Source: an uncultured virus (IMG/VR IMGVR_UViG_3300025313_000005)
Taxonomy: Duplodnaviria; Heunggongvirae; Uroviricota; Caudoviricetes
Strand: one strand, 5' to 3'
Length of the DNA stretch: 64,000 nucleotides
IMG/VR virus record: IMGVR_UViG_3300025313_000005
The position numbers were made by a program, and so were the translations under genes. The notes under the pieces are model-generated. The model was not told where the DNA came from and searched no databases. It was given only the letters and a program-made list of their open reading frames with translations. Positions 31,552 through 43,600 of the stretch are shown here, in pieces; within the stretch, counting starts at the first letter, position 1, and each line of letters begins with the position of its first letter.

Positions 31552-31923
31552 CGTACCTACCCACACAAGGTGGACCCGCTAAAAAACGGATTACGTAGGT
31601 AAACTTATTACAAATTGATAAGTTCGTCTCTTACGCCATCGTTGTTGTAAACAATTCTTGCAGGGAACCCATCTTGAGCTCTCGCTGTAAGGGTTAGAAA
31701 TGACATATCTGTAAATTGAATTACCATTTGCATCGAACCTGTAGGTAATGCTTGTTCAGCAGCTACTGGTTTATCTGTTATCGAATCAATTGTTTTGCCA
31801 ATCAGATTCGCGAACTCTGAAAGGTTTGCCATGTACACAGCCTCCTTAAATTAGGTTAATTATACTATTAACCGTCTTAATAAATATAAGGTGTTGGATC
31901 CATCTATAATAAAAGCAATTTTT

Positions 31924-32361
31924 CTATGTTGCACGGTTCTTCTTCTTTTTAGAAGGAAGAGATATAGACTCTACATATTGCTCTAGTATCTTTAGGTCTA
32001 ATTTATTACCATATAGGCGGGATATAGGGGACATCCCATCATCTAAAGTGGCATGTAACCATATCTCTATCTCTTTCATAGGTAATTTCATCATAACATT
32101 ATTTCTAATACGTAACCTATGTCTGTCTTTTTCTATCTCTAGATAATTTACACCATAATAGGTAAGTGCTTCTTCGATAGCCTCAAAAGATACATCTAAA
32201 CCTGCTGCTGCATCATGGAGATATCCATCATATTTGTTGTTTATTATAGCTACTACTTCATGTATGTGTTTACCTACACCACCTACTATGGGTTGATGTA
32301 CCCACGGATCAGTACTTGGTGTTAGGTATCTGTATTGTATTTTCTCAGGATTCATTAGCAT
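31924..32361 (-). CDS. DUF433-like HTH protein
   Basis: QPIVGG...V...AAAGLDVSFEAIEEALTYY. Confidence 0.55.
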   Translation of the reverse strand: MLMNPEKIQYRYLTPSTDPWVHQPIVGGVGKHIHEVVAIINNKYDGYLHDAAAGLDVSFEAIEEALTYYGVNYLEIEKDRHRLRIRNNVMMKLPMKEIEIWLHATLDDGMSPISRLYGNKLDLKILEQYVESISLPSKKKKNRAT

Positions 32362-32599
32362 CTCCAGGTATTCCTAGTAATGCCCTACATACATCAACAG
32401 GTCTACAGCTATATTCGAAAAAATTACATAATTTGAAATTGGTAGTGACAGTTCCCCATAATCGAGATGGGTAAATATTTACAGCACACAAATGTAGGAT
32501 ATTATCTATGTACCCGTAGGTGGCTATAGTGGTACCTCCAATACTTTTGAAGGCACAATGTGATACCACACATTCTATGGGGGATAATACTGGGAACAA
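32345..32599 (-). CDS. C-terminal-box family protein
   Basis: ends CRPVDVCRALLGIPGDANES; GGAGG RBS. Confidence 0.55.
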   Translation of the reverse strand: MFPVLSPIECVVSHCAFKSIGGTTIATYGYIDNILHLCAVNIYPSRLWGTVTTNFKLCNFFEYSCRPVDVCRALLGIPGDANES

Positions 32600-33055
32600 T
32601 TTAATCCTCCTAATCTTCTGTAGGTGTTACGCCTGCATTATCTGAAGTTGCTTCTGTAATTGTTTGCATTTGGCTACTTGCCTGTTGTTGTATAAAAGAG
32701 ACATGTCTTTTAATTCCCAGACTCATGGCTGCAAGTACACCTGCAAGTATGAATGTAGTGTAGGCTATGTTGGTATTGAGACCATGTTGTTTAAGCGTAT
32801 CCATAATTTCTAAAGATCTTGTTTCTATCATTTGCTTATCTTCTTCTGATACTTGGTAATTATTATTAGTTAAAAACATAGTAGTAGTACCTACTAACAT
32901 AGTAGCAAATCCCTCTACTACATCTAGATATGTTAATCCTGTTTTATCAAATGAGGGATCCTCAAAAGCTTCCTCTATTTTTTTGATAACCCTAATGGTA
33001 TTTAGATCTATATCCACTGTAGCCGTAGGTGTTTGATTAATTTCTTGTTCGTTCA

Positions 33056-34909
33056 TTATATTACCTCCTTATATAAATGTTTTAAAACATCTGGTGTTAT
33101 AAAGCGACTGCATTTAGTTCCTGATTTCCTATTAAAGCCCAATCTTGAATTAGTATGAGATAGAAATAAGTTTTTCCTAGCTCGAGTAGTTGCTACATAT
33201 AATAACCTACGCTCTTCCTCTATCCTGTCAAGTCCCTCTGATATGGATTTACTGTGTGGTATAATACCATCTTCTACTCCCAATATAAATACCGCATCGA
33301 ATTCTAACCCCTTAGCAGCATGCATTGTTAGTAGGTGTATGGCAGATCCTACCTGTTTAACTCCATCTTCTATAGTGGCAATCTCTTCTAATAATTTATC
33401 ATATGTAACACACTGATTAATCATCACACCTAATTGTTCTATGTTTTGTACTCTCTCTTCACCTGTCTCTTTGTCAAAGGAGAGAAGATATTGTTTATAT
33501 CTAGTTAGCTCAACTATGGCTCCAAACTGTTCAGTTAACGTAGGCAGATCTGATATTTTATTTATTAGTTTGATAAAACTTTTTATAGGTTTAGCCTTGG
33601 TTAATTGTAACATATCCCACAATGATTTGTCTAGCGATAAAGCTTCCGCCATTATTGGATTCAAGGTTACTGGTCCTATTTTGCGCGAAGGCATGTTGAT
33701 TATACGTTTAATCGCTTCAGTATCTTTATTGTGTATTACTGATAAGTAAGACAGTATATCTCTGATTTCCTTACGTCTAGTAAAAGACAATGCATGATCT
33801 AATTTATATGGTACTTTCTCCTTAGAAAGTACTTGTTCTAGTACTCTACTAAGGGCATGTGTACGATATAGTATGCCAATCTCATGCAGTGGTGTATTTC
33901 TGGATCGTAATCCCTTAATAGTACGAGCTATCCACGTAGCTTCAGCATACTCATCCATGTGTTGTGTTATTACAGGCTGAATACCTTCTCCATTTACTCC
34001 ATTTAGAGATGCTTGTAGTGGCAGAGATGATGCTTTAATTAATGACTGAGCTAAATTTAATATCTTCTGCCCAGATCTATAATTGGTTTCTAATTTAATA
34101 ATATCAGTTTTCCAGTTCTCTGAGAACTTATTAATATAATCAGGCAGACTACCTCTCCAACCATAGATACTTTGAGCAAAATCACCTACACCAAAAAAGG
34201 TGGAGTTATTAGATATTAAACTTTCTAATATAGAGAATTGGACCATATTAGTATCTTGTAATTCATCTACTAATATATGTTGAAATTGGTTTTGCCACTT
34301 GTACCTAGTTTCTGGATGAGCATCAAAGAGTTGTTTGGTTCTTAAGAGAATGTCATCGTAATCTAATAGCTTTTCTTTATTTAAAGCATTCTCATACTCT
34401 TGGAATACATCTCTTACTAGTTTGCTTTCAACTGCTGATGGTCCTCTGCCAAATGCTTTCTCATAGTTTATTCTATGTAATGCATCATACACAAAGTCTT
34501 GGTCTATATTTGAACGCATTAATATTTTTTTAATAATATCACGCTGCTTATCAGCATCGGCAACCCCATGATTAATTCCCTCAGCACGTAGTATTTTAAG
34601 ACATATACTATGGAATGTACCTATCATCATACTCCCAAGATAGATATTTTCGTCTATAGACTCAAGCAACCTATTTGTTCTGTCTATCATCTCACGAGAA
34701 GCTTTGCGTGTAAAGGTAACACACAATATATTAGAAGGATTAATACCCTCTACAATAAGAGATGCTAGGCGGTGCGTAAGACACCGCGTCTTGCCACTAC
34801 CAGGACAACTAATAACAAGCAGATGTTTGTTGCGATGCTTAACAGCATCTGTCTGAGCTAGGTTTAGTGGTTCAATAAGTTGATTGATTTTATTTATGCT
34901 AGTATTCAA
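33056..34909 (-). CDS. uvrD: UvrD/PcrA-family SF1 helicase
   Basis: PGSGKT, TFTRKA, VDELQD, GDFAQSIYGWRG, NYRS, TMHAAKGLEF and EERRLLYVATTRAR. Confidence 0.96.
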   Translation of the reverse strand: MNTSINKINQLIEPLNLAQTDAVKHRNKHLLVISCPGSGKTRCLTHRLASLIVEGINPSNILCVTFTRKASREMIDRTNRLLESIDENIYLGSMMIGTFHSICLKILRAEGINHGVADADKQRDIIKKILMRSNIDQDFVYDALHRINYEKAFGRGPSAVESKLVRDVFQEYENALNKEKLLDYDDILLRTKQLFDAHPETRYKWQNQFQHILVDELQDTNMVQFSILESLISNNSTFFGVGDFAQSIYGWRGSLPDYINKFSENWKTDIIKLETNYRSGQKILNLAQSLIKASSLPLQASLNGVNGEGIQPVITQHMDEYAEATWIARTIKGLRSRNTPLHEIGILYRTHALSRVLEQVLSKEKVPYKLDHALSFTRRKEIRDILSYLSVIHNKDTEAIKRIINMPSRKIGPVTLNPIMAEALSLDKSLWDMLQLTKAKPIKSFIKLINKISDLPTLTEQFGAIVELTRYKQYLLSFDKETGEERVQNIEQLGVMINQCVTYDKLLEEIATIEDGVKQVGSAIHLLTMHAAKGLEFDAVFILGVEDGIIPHSKSISEGLDRIEEERRLLYVATTRARKNLFLSHTNSRLGFNRKSGTKCSRFITPDVLKHLYKEVI

Positions 34910-35171
34910 CTTATTTTAAATCCTCATACATAACATAAGTATTAAATATAGTAATTAAAACAAGTAATATGGGTGATAAACCAAATGTATTACTTGTTGC
35001 CAATAATATGATGGGTAAGAATATAATACAAAACATTAGTGCTGCATGTATGGTATGGTATAATCTCTTGATTGTAGTGGCTGCTATAGACATTAGTAGG
35101 GCTAACATTGCTTTAGTTGTTGATCCTAGTTTAATTAATAAATCTAAAATATAATTCATTTTATCTCCTTT

Positions 35172-35723
35172 TTAAATTATTTCTGTGGCTATATTATATA
35201 GAAGTGCTTCGTCAGCACTAAGCCATGCATCATGATCTCTTAATAAATATTTAAGCACGTCTTCTCTCGATAGTCCTGTGCGTTCTATGTACCAATCTAT
35301 ACATCTTTCTACTAATAAATCTTCTTCCCTTCTCCTTGCTAACAAAGCTGGCTGAGATCCGTGGTTACCCCATATAAAGTGATGAGATAGTATGGATGCT
35401 CTTTTGGTTATCTTACGCACATCTCCTGCTAAGAATATGTCTAATCCTGCAGAACACACATCTCCTACACCAACTGTTATAATTTGATTACGAGGACGTA
35501 TATAATTAATTACATCTATAATAGTAAATGCTGCTGATGTACTACCACCTGGACAATTAACGAGTATTTGAATTGGATCACTATTACTATTTAGATCTAT
35601 AAGTAATAAGTCCTCTACTATCTGATCTACGCAATCTTCTGGTGATTTAAACAAGCGTATAATATTATAGTCACGTAAGTTTCTTGCGCCAATATTCGGT
35701 GGCGGAGCGGGTGTTGGTTCCAT
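35172..35723 (-). CDS. clpP: ClpP-family protease
   Basis: VNCPGGS, CSAG (catalytic Ser), LSHH (His), DAWLSADEAL (Asp). Confidence 0.85.
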   Translation of the reverse strand: MEPTPAPPPNIGARNLRDYNIIRLFKSPEDCVDQIVEDLLLIDLNSNSDPIQILVNCPGGSTSAAFTIIDVINYIRPRNQIITVGVGDVCSAGLDIFLAGDVRKITKRASILSHHFIWGNHGSQPALLARRREEDLLVERCIDWYIERTGLSREDVLKYLLRDHDAWLSADEALLYNIATEII

Positions 35724-35766
35724 ATCAATAACCTCCTAATAATTGTCAATTGCAAGTATATTATAC

Positions 35767-36681
35767 TTAGTTTTCTTTAAATTGCAACCTAACTGGATAA
35801 GCACTACCAGGTATAGGATAAGTTGTAATAGTCATTTCACCCTTAGACAATACATACGTAGCTGATTCATACGCTTGTAAATCAACTATTACCCATGACC
35901 CTTCAGGTGTATCCAAACATGAACGAATGTGTAATACCACATAAGCCCTTCCACCTCTTGCACTTATAGTTAATTTACGTTCTTTAAAGGACATAGATAG
36001 CTTTAATTTTGTAGTAATACCATAGTTGCCCTTATTGGTATGACCAGTGATAGGGTCTGTTAAATATGGTGACATGCCCAAGGACACCGTAGTGTCCTTC
36101 TTAATATCATAAGCAGTTATATTATATCTATAAATACCAGCTATGTGATGACTACGTCCTTGGGCCAAGTAACTAGCTCTACCAAATATCACCTGTATAT
36201 TAATAGGCTCATCTGTTTCTATATCTCCTGTTATAGAGAATACTTCATATCTATGAGCTGTTCCTAATAATATTTTAACAGGTTTAGTAATTAACAACTT
36301 ATTATTTATAGATTCGCCTGTGGTTAGGTGGCTAGGAGGCATTGCCTGGGTTAACTCTAAGTATTTATTGGTTGAATTAACTCCTGCTACGTATCCACTT
36401 CTACTTGTGTCCTTACCACCAACTAAGATTACATTGGCCTGTTTATTAACAGGGGTAATAATCAAACTAAACTGATTACCTTCCTCAGTAATATCTGTAA
36501 ACTGCATATTCTTATGATGTATAATCAACCTTGCTTTACCTGAGAAGTTGTTGAGTTGATATAATATACCACCAGATGTAATTGTTTCTGGAGCATTACT
36601 TATAACAACTTGTTCCGCAAAGGAACAAGTTGGCAATAATAGTAAAATAAGTATTATGGTTTTGTATATATTTCTTGTCAT
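35767..36681 (-). CDS. exported protein, DUF3370-like
   Basis: signal peptide; SNAPE and NKGNYG motifs. Confidence 0.45.
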   Translation of the reverse strand: MTRNIYKTIILILLLLPTCSFAEQVVISNAPETITSGGILYQLNNFSGKARLIIHHKNMQFTDITEEGNQFSLIITPVNKQANVILVGGKDTSRSGYVAGVNSTNKYLELTQAMPPSHLTTGESINNKLLITKPVKILLGTAHRYEVFSITGDIETDEPINIQVIFGRASYLAQGRSHHIAGIYRYNITAYDIKKDTTVSLGMSPYLTDPITGHTNKGNYGITTKLKLSMSFKERKLTISARGGRAYVVLHIRSCLDTPEGSWVIVDLQAYESATYVLSKGEMTITTYPIPGSAYPVRLQFKEN

Positions 36682-36932
36682 GGTAATCCTAGTAAGATTC
36701 TACTAACAGACGCAGGTGTTGATGTTGATTTATATGGTGTAGGAGAGAGCATACCGCATGCATTGTCTGTGCTCCATTCTGAGGCTATTATGCGGTGTGG
36801 TGTGACTTCATAGGCGGCTATAACTGTATTTTCTTTGAGTAATTGTTTTTCTATAAATCTATAGATTGTATTTTGTATTTGCATAATAGTTATTTTCATA
36901 GGATTACATATACTCCTCAAAAATAAATTCAT
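36678..36932 (-). CDS. C-terminal-box family protein
   Basis: ends STPASVSRILLGLP. Confidence 0.6.
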   Translation of the reverse strand: MNLFLRSICNPMKITIMQIQNTIYRFIEKQLLKENTVIAAYEVTPHRIIASEWSTDNACGMLSPTPYKSTSTPASVSRILLGLP

Positions 36933-37129
36933 CTAGACTGTCTAATAATTGATGATTATCTACGGGTACTGTAGCGACTGATGCTAGAGTGCAAACAACT
37001 TCGTCTGCGGTTAATCTGGTTGCTCTAGTATTGCCGTAGTCATACGCATCATTAAGACATGGAAATTCAAGTGTCTCACTTATAATATACCACTCTTCTG
37101 TTGTGTCTATTTCCCAAGTAATTACATAT

Positions 37130-37384
37130 TTATCCATGTGATTCAGTATTATATATATCAAGTAATGCTCTACATATGTCTTCTGGTATACAAAACTGAA
37201 ACATATTATCTGCTCCTATTATATCTTTTTCTGTTGCTGTGTGATTTTTGATATGATCTGGATAGATATATATATCACGAAGTTCATTTTTTAGATTATG
37301 TTGTATAACTGTTGCCGCATTTATTCTCAAGCTATGCGGTATTATAATTGGGGTAGTAATGGTTACTCTTGTAGCTTTATGCAT
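37130..37384 (-). CDS. C-terminal-box family protein
   Basis: ends CIPEDICRALLDIYNTESHG. Confidence 0.55.
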   Translation of the reverse strand: MHKATRVTITTPIIIPHSLRINAATVIQHNLKNELRDIYIYPDHIKNHTATEKDIIGADNMFQFCIPEDICRALLDIYNTESHG

Positions 37385-37385
37385 A

Positions 37386-37655
37386 CTATATCCCTAAAAG
37401 TATTCTTGCCATATCCGATGGTCCTATATGTTTGGCAGTATCTGGCAATGATACAATATGCAAACTTCCACAACCACATTGATCTGTGCTCATTATTTTT
37501 GTTTTTTTAATTACGATCTTACTGTAATGACTATGATATACCATGTCTGGTTTAATTTTACTACATAGTGTATTTTCATAGTTTAACACTAGATAGCTAC
37601 AATAAGTATTTCCCCACTCATATATTACCTCTGAAACACCATCCATATTATTCAT
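37386..37655 (-). CDS. C-terminal-box family protein
   Basis: ends IGPSDMARILLGI. Confidence 0.6.
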   Translation of the reverse strand: MNNMDGVSEVIYEWGNTYCSYLVLNYENTLCSKIKPDMVYHSHYSKIVIKKTKIMSTDQCGCGSLHIVSLPDTAKHIGPSDMARILLGI

Positions 37656-38155
37656 TTAATTATAGGTGGTATAACAATACCATCTCTCCACCATTGATAG
37701 GCTGGATCTTCTATATTCCTAAGAACATATTCTGCCCACCTAATATCGTGTTTGGCTCCATACTTCTTAAGATACTCTAGCTGATGTGTGAGACATACTT
37801 TCTCACCAGCTAAACCATACCATGGCTTCCCCTTATCCCTAAGGCGAAGATGCCATGCTTCATGGAGTAATACTGAAGCTAACCACGAACTAGACATATC
37901 TTTAATAGGGTGTTCTTTTAAATAGAATATTGCCTTATCTCCCCTTACCTCTGAGCGCTTGATGTTTGCGCTATAAATAACTTTTCTTAAGTAGATAAGG
38001 GTATCGGTATACCCCTGTGATATTAATGTGTTGTAGGCTCTATTAATTGCAAATGTAGCATCGTTATCTTGAGAAACAATCTCTAGATTAGAAGTTGCGT
38101 ATGTATATAAATTAAGCATAACCATAAATAAGATAACTAACCAAAATTTCTTCAT
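37652..38155 (-). CDS. exported zincin-like metallopeptidase
   Basis: signal peptide; LLHEAWH (HExxH) followed by a downstream Glu. Confidence 0.6.
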   Translation of the reverse strand: MKKFWLVILFMVMLNLYTYATSNLEIVSQDNDATFAINRAYNTLISQGYTDTLIYLRKVIYSANIKRSEVRGDKAIFYLKEHPIKDMSSSWLASVLLHEAWHLRLRDKGKPWYGLAGEKVCLTHQLEYLKKYGAKHDIRWAEYVLRNIEDPAYQWWRDGIVIPPIIK

Positions 38156-38619
38156 GGCTTATTAATATAGAATGAATATGATATCTTTTCTTGCAGCATA
38201 TCTGAAAGTTCATTTCGACTGATTAATCCTATCTCTACAGCATTACGTACCTTGCTCTCGTCTATATTGACTGTAGTAGTGGTACAGGCATCAAATATGA
38301 CTTGACCTTTTTTCATTAATATTTCTTTAGCTACCTCTACATTAAATGTAATTAGGTGGCGAGCTTCTTTCTTGAGAACTAAATCAGATCTTATTTCAAA
38401 ATACTTATTCTTCTTAGTATCTTCTCTACCAAATTGTTCTGCTGCTATAAGCAATGACTTCTTAAGTTCATCTATTCTAGCTTCAAGTAATTTCTTCTGA
38501 CCACCCAATTCCACATATTCCTCAGCCATTAGCGTTAACTCAGCTGAAGGTGTTGGTATAGATATGAATGGGTTCTTTTTAGTAAGTTTAGTTGTTGGTG
38601 GTGACTTTGCTTTAGGCAT
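38152..38619 (-). CDS. phage hypothetical coiled-coil protein
   Basis: 155 aa; overlaps the def stop codon. Confidence 0.55.
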   Translation of the reverse strand: MPKAKSPPTTKLTKKNPFISIPTPSAELTLMAEEYVELGGQKKLLEARIDELKKSLLIAAEQFGREDTKKNKYFEIRSDLVLKKEARHLITFNVEVAKEILMKKGQVIFDACTTTTVNIDESKVRNAVEIGLISRNELSDMLQEKISYSFYINKP

Positions 38620-39103
38620 GATTATCTTCCTCTCGGATAATTAATTTACCACTTATAGCTAATGTTATACCCTTTAGATGATCTATTTCATGCTGTATTA
38701 TAACAGCTGACATGCCATCAAAAAACTGTCTGGTATGCTTACTTTGTTTGTTATAGTACCCAACTTCTATTTGCTTAAACCTTTTTACTTGATATTGTTC
38801 TCCTGGGAATGATAGACATCCCTCTGTGGATTCAAACTCATCTTGCATACTATATATCTTAGGATTAATTAATTCATAATACTTATCTTTGTGTTTAAAG
38901 ATAATAACTTGTAATAATACTCCCACTTGTGAAGCAGCTAGGCCTATACCACCATTTTCATCACATATCTTTATCATATATTGTAGTAGAGCGTGTATAT
39001 TGGTATCGGCAGGATTAACTACTTTCTTAGATATTCTATCTAGAATAGAATTACCCTTAAATCTTAATTGTCCTCCTAGCATCCTAAGAATCCACTTCGC
39101 CAA
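38612..39103 (-). CDS. def: peptide deformylase
   Basis: GIGLAASQVG, EGCLSFPG and QHEIDHLKG. Confidence 0.95.
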   Translation of the reverse strand: MAKWILRMLGGQLRFKGNSILDRISKKVVNPADTNIHALLQYMIKICDENGGIGLAASQVGVLLQVIIFKHKDKYYELINPKIYSMQDEFESTEGCLSFPGEQYQVKRFKQIEVGYYNKQSKHTRQFFDGMSAVIIQHEIDHLKGITLAISGKLIIREEDNHA

Positions 39104-39836
39104 GACTTAACAGCCTCTACCACAACCTTATTCATACGTTGGTAAGTTAACTTACCATACAATTGATTTTTACTATTATTAAACAGATGAATTAGTGATG
39201 AACTATTATTTATATTAATATCAAAATTACTTGATGGTAAATTATCTAAATCTCTTTCACTTATATGATTGAAGATTTCTTCTGTAGCTTGATCTGCTCC
39301 TCTAAATATACGCACCCTATCTCGTCTAATCTCTTCCTCTGTATGGAGTATGACCCTTGTTAGGTTGTGATTATTGGCAAACTCTATCTCATTCTTAAAC
39401 TATTGGCAAACTCTATCTCATTCTTAAACCTACAGTCAGATATTACATACATTATATTATTGTTGATTGATCTACTAAGTTGTAGTTTCAAATGTTCTAT
39501 CCAGATATTAGAATTAATACTTCTTAGTTGTACGCCTAGATCTTGGAGAAATTCTCTTGGTTTTCTGCCAGGAATAAGAGGATGTTTATCGTGACACCTA
39601 TGTATTGCTGCTTCCATGATTTTAACATCTGCTTCTGAGTACCCCAGCTCATAACAATCACGCATAAAGATAAGTATGTTGGTGTGATCTGTAAGTGTCT
39701 TTAGTTTATCTGCAAACGCAATTTGCTCACCAACATATTCACCATTAGTTAAGAGTGGTATAATACTACAATAATATGCAGCTAATAAGTCTTTACCTGT
39801 GCACATCTTACCTGAAATAGATATACCTCTAATCAT
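39076..39836 (-). pseudogene. deoxynucleoside monophosphate kinase frameshifted by a 29 bp tandem duplication
   Basis: GKMCTGKD, AFADKLK, REFLQDLG and ISDCRFKNE in the 5' part, HISERDLD in the 3' part; duplication at 39372-39400 / 39401-39429. Confidence 0.85.
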
Positions 39837-40135
39837 CTTACCTCCGCGCCATTGTTAATTTTTAGTAGTTTAATCAATGAATTCTTCACGTTCAGGAATC
39901 TCATGTGTGGTTGTGTTATTTACATAGTTGCGTAATCGCAGAGCTAGCAAAGCTATCTCTTCCGCTTTCTCTAGGACTGTTTCCTCTACACGCTTATGCA
40001 TCTTATCAGGCATAACAGCTAAGTAGAGAGATATTATATCAGCAACTAATTCCGCTTCTGTTTTACTTAATGGAAATGCGAAATCGTTAATCATTTTAAC
40101 CTCCTATTATGTATACTTATATACACTAAACAAAG

Positions 40136-40164
40136 ACGAACCTGTCTTTAATTGACAGGTTCGT
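40136..40164. promoter_or_regulatory. intergenic hairpin
   Basis: ACGAACCTGTC-TTTAATT-GACAGGTTCGT. Confidence 0.5.
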
Positions 40165-40269
40165 TGAATTTGTGTCAATTATTCAAAACCTCTTGGTCGT
40201 TTGGATGTCATACCTGGGAACTCGGATGGATAAGTTGGTCCTTGTCCAGGAAAGGGGCTACCACACTGA

Positions 40270-40614
40270 CTATTTCCTTTTGGGCTTTTTCTTTTTGCCT
40301 TTCCCTTGGAATTCTTTGATGTAGGTCGAGATGGCTTGCTCGATTTTACCATAATCCATATCCTCCTCTTGTAATTCTTTTATTCTATTCTCAAATTTTG
40401 AGACTTCAATAAAATCATTCAGACTCATAATATCCTTAGATTCATTACAATCCATACATGCTAAAGCGTAATTGCTTATGGTGCTTTCTCCACCTATTGC
40501 TTCTGGAACTATATGGTCTATAGTTAGTTCATCCACATTAAATTCGTTAAGGCAATACCAACAGAGGTTCCCATACTTCTTTACCATTCTCTTCTTGTAT
40601 CGCCTTAGTGACAT
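40270..40614 (-). CDS. HNH endonuclease
   Basis: CWYC...TIDHIVP..IGG.....N...ACMDCN..K. Confidence 0.9.
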   Translation of the reverse strand: MSLRRYKKRMVKKYGNLCWYCLNEFNVDELTIDHIVPEAIGGESTISNYALACMDCNESKDIMSLNDFIEVSKFENRIKELQEEDMDYGKIEQAISTYIKEFQGKGKKKKPKRK

Positions 40615-40617
40615 AAG

Positions 40618-43600
40618 CTAGGTTAATATCATAGTTAATGTAGGTACTCGCACTATATCATTAGCGAATACAACCCTTTGATCACTACTGTCTTTTTCAT
40701 TTCCATATGTATATATAATATCATTTACCTCAACTTCATTCCAAACCTTAGATTTCATGGCATAACCAAATGCATAGACCTGTACTGGTGAAGTAGATGT
40801 TTCTATAACCACTTTATGATATGGTTTATTTGTTTTACTTGTTTGATTTAGTAATTTCTTAGTTACTATGCCTGTTGCTATAGCTGGTCTAGCGGGCTTC
40901 GGCACTATCCCCAAGTATGGTATCATACATAATTCATATTGCTGTACAATAAGTTGTTTAATAGGCTGTATTGTTGGTCCAACATCTATTAGGGCTTGAC
41001 GCTTATATTTAACTGTTTCATTAAGTATAAGGAATTGGTGCATTAATAAATCTCTTTGACCAAATTTATCAAATGCACCAGCATATATTAGGTTATGTAT
41101 TGTTTGCTTTGTTATGCCCGAACCAAACCTACCCTTTCCCTTACCTCTTGGTGTAGATGCTGTAAGTGCTCGTGTTTTCTCTAGAAACTCATCGAAGGAA
41201 CCGTAGGGTCTATGTTTTTCTATCTCACGCACAGCTGCTACACCTACGTTAGGTAGGGCCCGTAAGCCGTATTGTATATATTTAGTGCCTTGAACTGGAT
41301 CAAATCCACTGAGAGAATCATTGATATCAGGAGATAGTATAACTAACCCACTATCTCTACAGTCATCAAGAAGTTCTTTGAGTTTTTCTCTATCTGTACC
41401 GCCCTCTGCTTCTACTGATATAAGTGCTGACATATATTCTGCTGGAAAATTAGCTTTTAAATATGCGGTAGTGTATGATAGGTGTCCATATCCAACAGCA
41501 TGACCCTTACCAAAACCATAACCTGCGAAGTAGGCTACCTTTTCAAACAGATCGTTAGCTACTTCCTTACTATAGTTATTAGCTATGCAACCGTTTACAA
41601 ATTTTTCTTTTTCTTCTTGAACTTGAGACTTGATTTTCTTACCTAAGATTTTCCTTAGCTTATCTGCCTCAAGCCAATCATACCCTGCAGCTTCTACTGC
41701 AATTTGCAGTGCCTGGTCTTGAAATAATATAATTCCATAAGTTTCTTCCAGTATTGGTTGTAATCTAGGATCTGGATAATCTACTTCCTCCTTACCGTTT
41801 TTACGAGCTATGAAGCGCTCATGTGCTTTTGCTTGGAGTATAGCTGTTCTACCAAGTGATACAGTAGCTACAACATCAAAGAAGCATGTAGGTTTAACAT
41901 CGCGTAAGAGATTACGCATCAATCGTGTACCAAGTTGGAATACTCCCTTTGTCTTACCTGATCTAAGTAGCGCATATGTGCGCTCATCATCTAGGGGAAA
42001 CTGAGTATTAACAGTTATGTCTTCTCTATCTATAAACTCTATGGTTTTTTGCACAACATCCAGTTGATCGATGCGTAATAAATCAAATTTAAGTAGTCCA
42101 GATAGCTCAATTACATTCATATCATACTGAGATATCTTTGTCTCATTGCGGACATATAAGGGAACATGCTCGTGTATGGGATCGGGTGATATAACTACGC
42201 CAGACGCATGTACGCTACCCTGTCTATGTAGTCCTATAAATGACTCTGCTATCTTAAACCACTGTCTGTGACTATCACTCTTTTCACGTAAGTCACGCAG
42301 GTCATTGCTTATTTCACAAGCAGCTTCTAGAGATATAAGGGCTTTGTTGTCTAGATCTGGATCATCAGGTATTAAATCTTTAATAGAATTAACATCTTCT
42401 TTGGATATTACTGTCTCTTTAGAATTAAGTATTCTTGCTGTATCACGTAGCGCTTGACGCGCTCCTACTGTCGCAAATGTACCTATACGTGCAATATTAT
42501 CTTCGCCGTACTTTTGTATTAAATACTTATATACTTTCTCTACACCACTGGTTGAGAAATCAACATCAATATCAGGCAAGGACTTTCGACCTGGAGTTAA
42601 GAATCTCTCAAACATTATATTATGTTCGATAGGATCTATGCTAGTTATACCAGTAAGGAATGCTACTAGACTACCAACTCCCGATCCTCGCCCACTCCCA
42701 ACTGGAACACACGCGCAACGCGCGTAAGAAGTGTAATCTTGAACTAAGAGAAAATAAACACTAAAACCCAGCTGCTTAATCGTATCCAATTCCTTACGAA
42801 GTCTAGTTAAATATAAATTGGTATCTTTATTGTAAGCACTGGTATACTCCATGCACTTATTAATACATAAGTCAGATAGATAATCATCATACCCCTTGTA
42901 TCCTGACGGAACAGGGAACTTAGGCCATAGTGTTTTACCTAGTGGTATCTCAACATTACATTGATCTGCTATTAGTTGTGTAATACTAATTGCCGAATCA
43001 GGTATTGTATCTATGGAGCCGCCAGGACGGAACCAGCATCCCTCTGACCAGTTAACATACTGGCTACTTTCATCTGCATCCTGAGCAAGCATCAGCCATA
43101 TCTTGTGGAGCTCATGATCCTGTTCCTTAACATAGTGGCTATCACATGTTAATACAGCTGGTATGCCTTTTTGCTTAGATGCATCTAAGAGATATTCATT
43201 TACTAGTACTTGATCAGACATATGAAGGTGAGGTTGTAGCTCTAGATAGAATCTGCCTGGGAACTTAGTGGCATACCATTCAATTAATCGATCTGCTTGT
43301 AAGAATTGTCCTGCCAGCACTGCTTTGTTTATGTCACTATTTAAACATCCAGATAGTATTATTAATCCCTCATTATTTTGAGCCAATAAATTTCTATCTA
43401 TACAGGGCTTCTTATAGAAGCCCTCTGTATAGCTACGAGTTGATAGTATTTTAAGATTACGCCAGCCCTCATTATTTTGAGCCAATAAAATTAGGTGACC
43501 TGGTTTCTCATCTTTATCTTTAATTCCTAAATCTTTACGGGTATATGCTTCCATCCCCAAGATAGGCTTAATACCCTCGTCTATGCATTGCTTATAGAAC

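Noticed and set aside
31505..31564. N-terminal extension of ORF 31274..31564
   Set aside because: It overlaps a terminator hairpin; the ATG at about 31504 has a strong AAGGAGG RBS and is the likelier start
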